Positions 11,936 to 23,708 of a stretch of 64,000 nucleotides of DNA are shown piece after piece. The notes under the pieces were generated by a model. That model was not told where the DNA came from and ran no database searches. It saw nothing but the letters and a program-made list of their open reading frames with translations. The DNA is from Octopus sinensis. Taxonomy: Eukaryota. Position 1 is the first letter of the stretch; each line of letters opens with the position of its first letter. Made by a program: the position numbers and the translations under genes. Where the stretch lies: contig NC_043025.1 in assembly GCF_006345805.1 (NCBI RefSeq), positions 13,578,001 through 13,642,000 of the forward strand, read 5' to 3'.

Positions 11936-12646
11936 CTAGTGGTTCAGTAAAAAATAAGACCGATAGAATAGGTACTAGGCTGGAGTCGATTTCTTTGACG
12001 GAAAACTCTTTAAGGGCGGTGCTCCAGCATGGCCGCAATCAAATGGCTGAAAGGAAAGATACTTGTGTCTGTGTTTGTCCCCCCACGACTGCTTGACAAC
12101 GGCAAAACAGACCCGTGGAATAAGTTTGCTTCGAGGCGGTGTTCCAGCATGGCCGTAGTCTGGTCATTGGAACAAGTAAAGCGAGATCAAACAAAAGATT
12201 TGGGCGATCTTTCGTCTCTAGTCGATTTCCGTAAAAAAAAATTTTTTTTTTTTACATATGGGCTTGCGGGAACTTTTGAAGTAATGAGAGCGAAAGAGAC
12301 TAAGAGAAAGCGATTGTATGACGAGGGAAGTTCTTTTGAAGTTACCGTGCATGGCAAGCATTGATGTACATGTGTGTGTGTGTGTTTGATGGGGTGTAGG
12401 AGACAGATAGTATGTTGTGTAATCGACGGAAAGGTCTACTAGAGACGAAAGATCGCCAAGATTTGTTTGGTCTCTCTGCAGCAGAACCGACAAGTTACGG
12501 GGACGTAAACGAACCGGCACCGGTTGTTTGGTCTCTCTGCAGCAGAACCGACAAGTTACGGGGACGTAAACGGGGTGGTGTGCCTATTCTTTACTTCCGC
12601 CGACATACCATATATATATATATATTTATTTATTTTATAGAAGGAG

Positions 12647-12693
12647 CTTCTACAGGACTAGTACTGTTTCATTCAAAAGAAATCATCAGAAAA
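12647..12693 (-). ncRNA. Type I hammerhead ribozyme candidate (family F2), left copy
   Basis: Minus: TTTT-CTGATGA-TTTC-TTTT-GAAT-GAAA-CAG-TACTAGTC-CTG-TA-GAAG. Confidence 0.7.
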
Positions 12694-12709
12694 TATATAT
12701 ATATATATA

Positions 12710-12840
12710 CAGGGTGTCCCGAAAAAATGTATACACACCTTAAATAATTGTAAATTTGTTATTCTTTGTAAGCCTAGTACTTATTCTATCGTTCTCTTTT
12801 GCCGAACCACTATGTGTATACATTTTTTCGGGACACCCTG
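12710..12840. mobile_element. 131-bp Tc1/mariner-type MITE containing a SINE A fragment
   Basis: 28-bp perfect TIR CAGGGTGTCCCGAAAAAATGTATACACA at 12710-12737 and 12813-12840, TA flanks. Confidence 0.85.
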
Positions 12841-12864
12841 TATATATATATATGTATATATATG

Positions 12865-12894
<30 letters not shown>

Positions 12895-12895
<1 letters not shown>

Positions 12896-12941
12896 TTCCT
12901 GATGACTTCTTTTGAATGAAACAGTTCTAGTCCTGTAGAAG
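12895..12941 (+). ncRNA. Type I hammerhead ribozyme candidate (family F2), right copy
   Basis: TTTC-CTGATGA(12899-12905)-CTTC-TTTT-GAAT-GAAA-CAG-TTCTAGTC-CTG-TA-GAAG; GUA triplet, predicted cut after 12937. Confidence 0.75.
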
Positions 12942-13119
12942 CTCCTTCTATAAAATAAATTAATTTACTCTGCCATGTATTGAGTACCTTATTTACTGTG
13001 GTTAACCCCGACTCAACCCGGGACCTACATATATATATATATATATACAGAGAATTTGGCCCAGGCGCCGCCGCTGCTGTAGAATTATATACACGGAACC
13101 ACATGGTTTGGGAAATATA

Positions 13120-14964
13120 AACGTCACCTTCTTCCTTCTCTCTCTCTCGCCGCTTTTTTTAACTCCTCCCCTTCTCAAAGTTTCCCCTCCCACCATCTCT
13201 TTGTCTATCAATTATCCTTCTTCCTCTCCTCCCCCTCTCTCATAACACGCACTACACATACCTGTATCTATCAATTTATTCCCCCCCTCTCTCTCTATAT
13301 ATATATACACACACATCTTATAGCTCTTCCATTCATCTCCTCCTCTCACTGCTAACTCTTTCCCTTTCCCTTGCTGTCTATCTTACTTTATCGCTTTTCC
13401 TCCGCCCATCTCTCCTTCCCTCTTCATCCCCCTCTCAATTGCTATCACTCCTCTTCACCCCCTCTCTCATTACATGTATTTGTCTTTCTCAACGCCTTTC
13501 CCGCTCGTCTATTCTCCCCTTCGCATACGCGCGTGCACGGCCTTTCCCCTCCCTTATATTTTCATATATATCTTCCCTTTTTTTCCTCTACCTTTCACTT
13601 TTCTCCACTCAAGTTCTTCTCTCTCTGAACCATCACCTATTTATACCTCTCTCACTAGACATCTATCGTTCTTTCTCTCTCCCTCTCTTCTCTCACTTTA
13701 ATACTTATCCTCTCTCACAACGTATTTATACCTATCTCTTACACTCTCTCTTTCTTCATTTACACCTGTCTATATCTGTCTGTCTGTCTCTCACAAAAAA
13801 ATTAGTCTTTCTCTCTCTCTTTTTCTTATAATCTTTCTTTCCCCCCCACACACACATTCTCTCTCTCTCACTTACTCTCTCTTCCCCCCACATCACACAT
13901 ACTCTCTCTCTTTCTCCCACCTCACATCCCATACTCTCTCTCTCTCTATCACCGGCTCACATTTTATTTCGCGCACATTTATACACTCACTCTCATCAAT
14001 ATACATACATAAATACATACATAAATATATATATATACACACTTACCATTTCCTCCCTCAGTTAAGCAGTCTCTCTTTCTTACAAACCCTCTCCCTTCAC
14101 ATATACTCTCTCTCTTTTTTTACCCCTCTCACTCCCTTCTCTCTTTTTCTTATCTTTCTTTCCTTTTTCTTTCCCCCCACTCACATTCTCTCTCTCTCAC
14201 TTACTCTCTCTTCCCCCACATCACACATACTCTCTCTCTTTCTCCCACCTCACATCCATACTCTCTCTCTCTCTATCACCGGCTCACATTTTATTTCGCG
14301 CACATTTATACACTCACTCTCATCAATATACATACATAAATACATACATAAATATATATATATATATATACACACTTACCATTTCCTCCCTCATTTAAGC
14401 AGTCTCTCTTTCTTACAAACCCTCTCCCTTCACATATACTCTCTCTCTTTTTTTACCCCTCTCACTCCCTTTCTCTCTTTTTCTTATCTTTCTTTCCTTT
14501 TTCTTTCCCCCCACTCACATTCTCTCTCTCTCACTTACTCTCTCTTTCCCCCACATCACATCACATATACTCTCTCTCTCTCTCTATCACCGGCTCACAT
14601 TTTATTTCGCGCACATTTATACACTCACTCTCAACAATATACATACATAAATATATATATATATATATATATACAAACTTACCATTTCCGCCCTCATTCA
14701 CAAATACACTCTCTCTCTTTTTTTTACCACCCTCACTCCCTTTCTCTCTCTCTCACACACACACACACATACAACATATACACACACATCCAACATATAT
14801 ACACACATCAATATTTATATTTCCTTCCCTGACACAACAAAATATTTATATATTACTCTCTTCTCACACAGACTTATTCCACACGCTCTCTCTATCTTTC
14901 GCTCATACTTTCTCTCTCTCTCATCTTCACTCATTCGTTCTCTCTTTCTCTCACACACACAGTC

Positions 14965-15013
<49 letters not shown>

Positions 15014-15480
15014 GTCATAAATATATATACACACACACACAAATACTCTTTCATTCATACATTCTCTACTTCCCACTTTCCTTCTTCTCTTTGTCTCTCT
15101 CTTTTTATACACATACACACGCGCACACACATCTTCACTCTCACTTTCTTTTTCTCTCACTCTTACGAACACTCTTCCTTTATTGTCTCTGTCTCTCTCT
15201 CACTCTTACGAACACACTCCACTCATAGCCTCTCTCCCTCTCTTTTTCTCTCCCTCCCCTCACTCTTCCCTTATTGTCTCTGTCTCTCTCCCTCACTCCG
15301 CTCTGTCTCTCCCTCTCTTTTTCTCTCACTCCCTCCCCCACTGTCTCTCCCTCACTCACTCTTACAAACACACTCCACTCATAGCCGCTCTGTCTCTCAT
15401 CCTCTCTTTCTCCTATCCTCCCTCCCTCCCCCCCACTTTTCACCCTCTCTCACACACGCTTCTTCCCTCCCACCACCTTC
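13120..15480. repeat. CT/CA-rich low-complexity tract containing three tandem copies of about 310-330 bp
   Basis: Anchor CACCGGCTCACATTTTATTTCGCGCAC near 13950, 14278 and 14589. Confidence 0.85.
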
Positions 15481-15790
15481 ACTCCAACCCATCCTTGCCG
15501 CCGTCCTCTCTCACTTTCTCCATTTCCACTCAAGCGACCTCCTCGCTCCCAACTCGATCCACGACCCGCGACGTTTGCCTTCACCACGGCCGGCCACCCT
15601 TCTCGCATCTACACCCTCGCATCGACTATATACACCTCGCCGGTTACGCACCGCTACAAACACCAACAACCTTATATAATACGTGTGTATACAACGTATA
15701 TAAAGACATTTTAAGGCGGCTTTCTTCTTTTATGTAACAAAGTGTTTGTTTTTGCTGCCATCGTCGAGAGTTCGATCCCAGGTAAAGTAT
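15480..15790 (+). promoter_or_regulatory. Candidate CpG-rich promoter and short non-coding first exon of the SLC6 gene
   Basis: Unique CpG-rich stretch, TATATAAAG at 15697-15705, donor-like CAG/GTAAAG at 15781/15782; the ATG exon has its own acceptor, so an upstream exon is expected. Speculative. Confidence 0.3.
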
Positions 15791-16847
15791 TTTGCAACTC
15801 GCGATGAGGTTTATTTTTTTCTTTCTTTCTTGTATATACTCATGTATAAGAATATACTGTGTGTAGGTATGACGAATATACACACACACACCTGTGGTAT
15901 TGTTTACATGAACTTATGTCTTTGTTTATATATATATGTATATATATGTGTGTGTATATATTTGGATACGGATGCGTATATAAGTGCGCGTATTTATATA
16001 ATTATGCGTGTGTGTATGTATATGTGCGTATGTATAAATATGTGCTTGTATATGTACGTGTATATGTATGCGTGCTATATGTGTATGAGAAAAATGTATG
16101 TATATATATATGATACACACACATGTATATATACACCCAGGCAAGACTGCAGACATGTGTCTGCGTGTCAGCGGGTTTATTGTTACGAGGTCATCTTTCC
16201 CAGGTCTGACCACTATAAGCGGCTGCATGTTATATAAGACACATGCGAGCCGTTTATTGTGATCAGCTTGGGACGGTGCGCTCCAGAATAACTATTACGA
16301 GTTGATAACATTGTACGGAGTTATATAAACAGAAATATCTCGGGTGGAAAGCGGTCCGGGACCTTACAATTGGGACAGACGGCTTCTACCGTCTGTCCTG
16401 CATATATATACATATATATATATAGGATCGTTTGTAGGAGGCATAGATCCGGAGAATAAGCTGGCTCAAGGATTTAGAGCAGTATATATTTTTTTCCTGG
16501 GGAAGGCTGGTGTGTGGGATTACCCTGGGTTCCCCGTCTATAAAGGGCTTTATAGCGCATCGTTAGACCCCAAAACCTGTTGGCCTAAGACCTCTTCAAA
16601 ACATGGATAGGTAAAGCTCTGCATGTATATAATATTTGTATATATATACACATAGTAATTAAGGGTTTAGCAACGATTAAACCTTCCTTGAATGGGGCTT
16701 TTACATGCCGAACTCTACTTGGTGAAATTAACGATTATTTCTAAATTAATTAATTGATTTCACCCTTAATTATTGATAATTATATATATACACATATACA
16801 CACTTATATATATTGGTTTCGGATTTTGGCACAAGGCCTGCGATTTC

Positions 16848-17010
16848 AGGGGTGGCGGGTGTTTAAGTCGATTACGTTGATCCCCCAGTACTGGTGGGTA
16901 CTTATTTCATCGACCTCGAAGGGATGAAAGGAAAAGTGGACCCCCGCGGAATTTGAAACCAAGAACGTAGCGACCGACGAAATATGCTGCCAAGCATATC
17001 ATCCGGCGCA
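16848..17010 (-). mobile_element. SINE family C (tRNA-headed), diverged
   Basis: AAGTCGATTAC...GGAATTTGAA..CAAGAACGTA...AAGCAT; homologous to 29745, 37822, 44712. Confidence 0.75.
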
Positions 17011-17624
17011 ATAAACATACATGTATACATATATATATATATGTATATATATGTGTGTGTCTGTATGTATGTATTGTCTGTGTGTATGTATATATACATG
17101 TATATGTGTGTGTATATACACATGTATATATAGATGTGTGTATATACACATCTATATATGTATGTGTATATACACATGTATATGTGTGTGTATATACACA
17201 TGTATATGTGTGTATATACACATGTATATGTGTGTATATACACATGTATATGTGTGTATATACACATGTATATATGTGTGTATATACACATGTATATATG
17301 TGTGTGTGTATATACGTGTATATATGTGTTTGTATATCCATGTATAAATGTGTGTGTGGGGTATACATGTATATATATGTGTGTGTATATATATATATAT
17401 ATATATACACACAACTATAAATAAGGGCAAAAGAAAAAACTTCTATGCTAATATTCTGAGAAATCTACTTTAAATCGGCAATCACCTCATAAAAAAAAAA
17501 AAAAATATATATCATAATTGTTTATAATTCTCACCTTAAAAGGTATTTCAAATATGCTGGCCACCGATGAAATTTTTGAAAAAAAATTTTATCCTATATT
17601 ACAAATATGTGTATATATATATAC

Positions 17625-17965
17625 ACTCTTACTTGTTTCAGTCATTTGACTGCGGCCGTGCTGAAGCATCGCCTTTAGTCGAGCAAATCGACCCCGGGAC
17701 TTAATTCTTTGTAAGGCCGAGTACTTATTCTATCGGTGGATCTTTTCGGTTTGAACGGCAGTTTTAAACCGAAAAAGATCCCTATGGGTCTCTCTTTTGC
17801 CGAACCGCTAAGTTACGGGGACGTAAACACACCAGCATCGGTTGTCAAGCAATGTTGGGAGGGGCGGGGCAAACACAGAAACAGACACACACAGGACGGG
17901 CTTCTTTCAGTTTCCATCTACCAAATCCACTCACAAGGCTTTGGTCGGCCCTAGCCTGTAGTAGA
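17625..17965 (-). mobile_element. SINE family A with a 44-bp hairpin insertion
   Basis: Tail and partial head; insertion at 17738-17781. Confidence 0.85.
17738..17781. mobile_element. 44-bp palindromic mini-insertion with 8-bp target duplication
   Basis: CTATCGGT [GGATCTTTTCGGTTT GAACGGCAGTTTT AAACCGAAAAAGATCC] CTATGGGT. Confidence 0.7.
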
Positions 17966-18080
17966 GTACTCTTGCCCAGTATATATATATATATATATAT
18001 ATATATACTGGGCAAGAGTATATATACATTAATATTCGTTTTTATATATAGTCTGTATTTTTGTAGAGTACAAATTTGTT

Positions 18081-18205
18081 ATTCTTAGACAAGAATGGTC
18101 TCGACTGGGACTTCGAAGTTTGGGACAGTTAAAGCCATCGTCCAGCGGTGGAGTGGAGGGCCGAAACTTCCAAGACACCGACAAGAACATTCTTGTTTAA
18201 GAATT
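18081..18205. repeat. Imperfect foldback with decayed hammerhead-like halves (family F7)
   Basis: Arms 18081-18127 and 18160-18205; minus arm has palindrome ACTTCGAAGT then C, plus arm has CCGAAACTTCCAAG. Confidence 0.45.
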
Positions 18206-18219
18206 ACATATACATACAT

Positions 18220-18271
<52 letters not shown>

Positions 18272-19254
18272 TACACACACACACACATATATATATATAG
18301 ATATACACACACACACACATATACATACACACACATATACATATATACACGCACTCATAGATACACACACACACACACATATATACATATACACATATAT
18401 AGATATATACACGCACTCATAGATAGATATACACACATACATATATACACACACACATACATATACACACACACATACACACATATAGATATATACACGC
18501 ACTCATATATAGATAGATACATACATGCACACACTTATATACATACACATACACTAGTTTTTCACACACTATATGCGTATAATAATTATATATATATATA
18601 TATACACACACGCACACAGTGTGTGTATGTACATATATATATATAAACGGCGGAGGTAAAGGATACGCACACCACCGTCAGGCGAACACACACACACACA
18701 CGCACGTACACAAGTTCTCGACACACACGCGCGTATGTGTATATATATTTGTGTACATATATACCCCGCGCACGTTTGGAGCCAAAACGGTAACCTGTAC
18801 ATGTGGTCTTCCGCCTAGCTAGAAACAATAGCCAAATATCGCCCACCACCCGACTGTCCCATCAAATATATAATTATATAAATTAAGGGAACACATCGGA
18901 TAATGTACTCTTAGATACACGAGGCCCTTTTCTACCCAAAATAACCTCTCCTCCCCCCCCCCAATAAAACAAGAACAAACGAGCCGCATGGTCCTGGCAG
19001 GAGCGCCTTAGAATTTAAGCTTATTTATGTGTATATATGTAACTATGTGTGTGCGTATGTACCTCCGGTGTGTATATTGTCTGAATTGTATAGTGTTAAT
19101 TATCCATCACGGTTGCTCTTTGCAATCGGGATCGTGTGAAATTATATAATGAAATTATATAATTAGCGTGTAATTAATTGTGTGGGTGTATTTATGCGTG
19201 TGTGTATGTATATATATATATGTGTGTGTGCATGTTTATTACTGTGTGTGTGTG

Positions 19255-19285
<31 letters not shown>

Positions 19286-19486
19286 ATATATATATGTGTG
19301 TGTATATATATGTGTGTGTATATATATGTGTGTGTAATATATATATGTGTGTGTATGTGTATATATATATATGTGTGTGTGTGCATGTTTATTACTATGT
19401 GCGTGTGTATATATATATATATATCGTGTGTATATATATATATATGTGTGTGTGTGTATATATCTGTGTGTGTGCATGTTTATTAC

Positions 19487-19520
<34 letters not shown>

Positions 19521-19843
19521 GTGTATATATGTGTGTGTGTGTGCATGTTTATTACTATGTGTGTGTGTGTATATGTCACTGTATTATTGTGTGAATGTGT
19601 GTATATTTAAGAGGGGTGCTGCTGAAAAGTTGCTGGCTTTGGGGGTAAAAGAAAATAGGGGACAATCCAGTTAATTACGATTTTCTTCACCATATTTCCA
19701 CCCCACCCTCTCAGATTCCCACAGCCGTCCTTCAGTTTTTGCTAGGCCCTGTTAAAGAACTCGGAAGTTCTTTTGCGACACCCAGGAAGCCGGGAACTTT
19801 ATAGCAACCCCTTGTGTGTGTGCGTGCGTATATATATATATAT

Positions 19844-19926
19844 GTAGGTCCCGGGTTGAGTCGGGGTTAACCACAGTAAATAAGGTACTCAATACATAGC
19901 AGAGTAAATTAAGCTCCTTCTATAAA

Positions 19927-19931
<5 letters not shown>
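19844..19931. mobile_element. Rearranged fragment of the F2 hammerhead element
   Basis: 19844-19911 is the reverse complement of 12961-13028; 19911-19931 matches the sequence just 3' of the predicted F2 cleavage site. Confidence 0.75.
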
Positions 19932-19998
<67 letters not shown>

Positions 19999-20165
19999 TA
20001 TAGTGTTTATAAAAATGGCAAATATAGGCAATAATATAATATCTATGTCAATTAAGAGTTAACGGCAAAACTTGTGAAGCACTGTAACGAACACACACAC
20101 ACATATTGATATATATCTATATATATTTATACACGCTCGCGCGCGCGGCAGTTCTGGGTTGTATA

Positions 20166-20319
20166 GGCGCAGGTGCGTGTGTGGTAAGGTTGCTTCCCAA
20201 CCACATGGTTCCGGGTTCAGTCCCACTGTGTGGGGCCTTGGGCAAGTGTCTTCTGCTATAGCCTCGGGCCAACGAAAGCCTTGTGAGTGGATTTGGTAGA
20301 CGGAAACTGAAAGAAGCCT
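20166..20319 (+). mobile_element. SINE family A head half
   Basis: Head ends at GAAAGAAGCCTG, joined directly to the F6 element. Confidence 0.85.
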
Positions 20320-20363
20320 GGGACCTTGAAGACTGCTTGAATGCAAGAAAGTATTTTGGTCCC
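20320..20363 (+). ncRNA. Type I hammerhead-like motif (family F6)
   Basis: GGGACC-TTGAAGA-C-TGC-TTGAAT-GCA-A-GAAA-GTATTTT-GGTCCC; 6-bp perfect stem I. Confidence 0.55.
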
Positions 20364-20519
20364 TTAATATTTGATATTCAATTAGACAATCAATACTTCA
20401 TTTCATTTTACACTATATATACATTATATATACAATATATTTTATTATTCTACATTAATATTATAAAGAATATAAATAAAACAAAAAACAGAGTTGGAAT
20501 TCCTTTGAACAATATATGT

Positions 20520-20830
20520 ATGTATGTATGTATGTATGTATATATGAAGGTATTATGTATGTATGTATGTATATATGAAGGTATTATGTATGTATGTATA
20601 TATGAAGGTATTATGTATGTATGTATGTATGTATGTATGTATGTATATATGAAGGTATTATGTATGTATGTATGTATGTATGTATATATGAAGGTATTAT
20701 GTATGTATGTATGTATATATGAAGGTATTATATATGTATGTATGTATGAAGGTATTATGTATGTATGTATGTATATATGAAGGTATTATGTATGTATGTA
20801 TGTATGTGTGTATGAAGGTATTATGTATGT
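20520..20830. repeat. Compound minisatellite, GAAGGTATTATG + (TATG)n, about 9 copies
   Basis: Repeated GAAGGTATTAT anchor with a variable TATG count. Confidence 0.9.
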
Positions 20831-20890
20831 GTGTATGTATGTATGTATGTGTGTGTGTGTGTGTGTGTGTATACACATATTTGTATCTAG

Positions 20891-20930
<40 letters not shown>

Positions 20931-21053
20931 CACAAACTTGCGCGACCGGAGACGACCCACTCTGTTCCAGTCGTGTCAGTTGGTCCCCAACCACGCTGGG
21001 GGCCCCGCCTTGACGGGTTTTAGTCGGGAAACAAACACACACATGTATGTATG

Positions 21054-21090
<37 letters not shown>

Positions 21091-21139
21091 TTTTTGCGTA
21101 ATGAGATTTAAAAAACAAACCAAGGCTACATACATGCGC

Positions 21140-21348
21140 TTTACTTGTTTCAGTCATTTGACTGCGGCCATGCTGGAGCACCGCCTTTAATCGAGCAAAT
21201 CGACCCCCAGGACTTATTCTTTTGTAAGCCCAGTACTTATTCTATCGGTCTCTTTTGCCGAACCGCTAAGTGACGGGGACGTAAACACACCAGCATCGGT
21301 TGTCAAGCAATGCTAGGGGGACAAACACACACACACAAACATATATAT

Positions 21349-21400
<52 letters not shown>

Positions 21401-21568
21401 TACATATATACGACAGGCTTCCTTCAGTTTCCGTCTACCAAATCCACTCACAAGGCATTGGTCAGCCCGGGGCTATAGCAGAAGACACTTGCCCAAGATG
21501 CCACGCAGTGGGACTGAACCCGGAACCATGTGGTTGGTAAACAAGCTACTTACCACTCCTGTGCCTAT
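21140..21568 (-). mobile_element. SINE family A, full length
   Basis: Reverse complement of head-microsatellite-tail. Confidence 0.92.
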
Positions 21569-21725
21569 GTTTTTGCTTTATTTACTTTGTTTACAAAAAA
21601 TTATTTATTTTGTGTTTTATTTACTTTGCTAAGTAGTCGTTGTAGGATCGACTCGTCACGACTAGCTAGTGCGGATGCGCGACTGCGCGCACCGGCACCA
21701 CTCTTAAGTAGTACTTAAATTTAAT

Positions 21726-21774
21726 TTGCCAAAATATTTTCATCGCTTTGAGACCTCGACCTGTTCACTGATAA
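21726..21774 (-). ncRNA. Variant hammerhead candidate with G3-C8 core (family F4)
   Basis: Minus: TTATCA-GTGAACA-G-GTCGA-GGTCTCAAA-GCGAT-GAAA-ATAT-TT-TGGCAA. Confidence 0.55.
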
Positions 21775-21896
21775 AATTCCGTGCTGCATATATATATAAT
21801 TACTTTTTATCTTATATTAAACTTTTTCATACTTTTTGATAGTTATATATATTTAATTAAAAAAAAAAAAAATGAATAAAAATAAATATATATATA

Positions 21897-22060
21897 TAGG
21901 CGCAGGAGTGGCTGTGTGGTAAGTAGCTTGCTTACCAACCACATGGCTCCGGGTTCAGTCCCACTGTGTGGCATCTTGGGCAAGTGTCTTCTGCTATAGC
22001 CCCGGGCCGACCAAAGCCTTGTGACTGGATTTGGTAGACGGAAACTGAAAGAAGCCTGTC

Positions 22061-22104
<44 letters not shown>

Positions 22105-22290
22105 TTGTCCCCCTAGCATTGCTTGACAACCGATGCTGGTGTGTTTACGTCCCCGTGACTTAGCGGTTCGGCAAAAGAGACCGATAGAATAAGTACTGGA
22201 CTTACAAAAAACGTCCCAGGGTCGAGTTGCTCGACTAAAGGCGGTGCTCCAGCATGGCCACACAGTCAAATGACTGAAACAAGTAAAAAA
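21897..22290 (+). mobile_element. SINE family A, full length
   Basis: Head, microsatellite and tail. Confidence 0.92.
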
Positions 22291-22453
22291 AAAAAAGAGT
22301 ATATAAATTAATAATTTTTAATTTTTAACTTTAAATAATTTAAATTTTGAATTTTATATTTTATATATTTTGCATATTATATTAATTGTTTTTATTTCTT
22401 TTTTGGCTTATGTTTTTCACTGTTTGATTTGCCTAATAGTGGTTTTATCTCTA

Positions 22454-22851
22454 ACTAGCAGTATCGCCCGGCGTTGCTCGGGTTTGTAAGGGAAATAACT
22501 ATATAAGCATTTTTAGAGAGTTATAGCCAAAAAATAGCAAAAAAAATGCATTAAAAATGGAAAAAAAATTATGGTAAATTTTTTTTTAAATCGTTGACTC
22601 ATCGTAGACATTTTTAGAGATTTACTTCCCTTATTTAATAGCGAAAAAATGCATTAAAATGGAAAAAAATTATGGTAAATTTTTTTTTAAATCGTAGACT
22701 CATCGTAGACGCACGCTAATACCCAGAAGGGCTCGATATGAATCACGACTATAAGATACCCGGTTTTGGTTAAACTGCACCGCAAAATGTGAGAATAAGG
22801 AATCTAAATCGTAGGAGACAGACACACAACTTCACTTTTATATATAAAGAT
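22454..22851 (+). mobile_element. Helitron-type non-autonomous element
   Basis: Same termini and body as 3424 and 8206. Confidence 0.72.
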
Positions 22852-22871
22852 TTAATTTAAATTTATATATA

Positions 22872-23275
22872 TAGGCGCAGGAGTGGCTGTGTGGTAAGTA
22901 GCTTGCTAACCAACCACATGGGTTCCGGGTTCAGTCCCACTGCGTGGCATCTTGGGCAAGTGTCTTCTGCTATAGCCCTGGGCCGACCAATGCCTTGTGA
23001 GTGGATTTGGTAGACGGAAACTGTAAAAGCCTGTCGTATATATGTATATATATATAAGTGTGTGTGTGTGCTTGTGTGTCTGTGTTTGTCCCCCTAGCAT
23101 TGCTTGACAACTGATGCTGGTGTGTTTACGTCCCCTTCACTTAGCGGTTCGGCAAAAGAGACCGATAGAATAAGTACTGGGCTTACCAAGAATAAGTCCC
23201 GGGGTCGATTTGCTCGACTAAAGGCGGTGCTCCAGCATGGCTGCAGTCAAATGACTGAAACAAGTAACAGAGTAA
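22872..23275 (+). mobile_element. SINE family A, full length
   Basis: Head, microsatellite and tail. Confidence 0.92.
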
Positions 23276-23617
23276 CAGAGTATAAATATATATATATATA
23301 ATGTTTATCGCCACCTAAACGCGGGTGTTATATAAAAACAGACGCTAGTGCTATTTTAACCCCGGGAAGACGCCTCCACGTGGTTATTCAGTGCACTTCA
23401 TCCTCAATATAATTAACTACACACCCAAGAATTGGGAGCAGCTCAAGGTATATAAATAAAATGAAGCCCTCGTACACCAAGTGTGCTTGTTGTTTGTTAG
23501 TTCGTGGATGGGCTGCGTTTTCAGGCGTAACGGAATATATTCTCAGTGTGCCTCGTGTAAAAAGCACCTCTCTTATGCCTAAAATGCACCCGACCATGAA
23601 CTAACAACACAGACACC

Positions 23618-23640
23618 TTGTGTATGTGTATATATGTATG

Positions 23641-23708
<68 letters not shown>

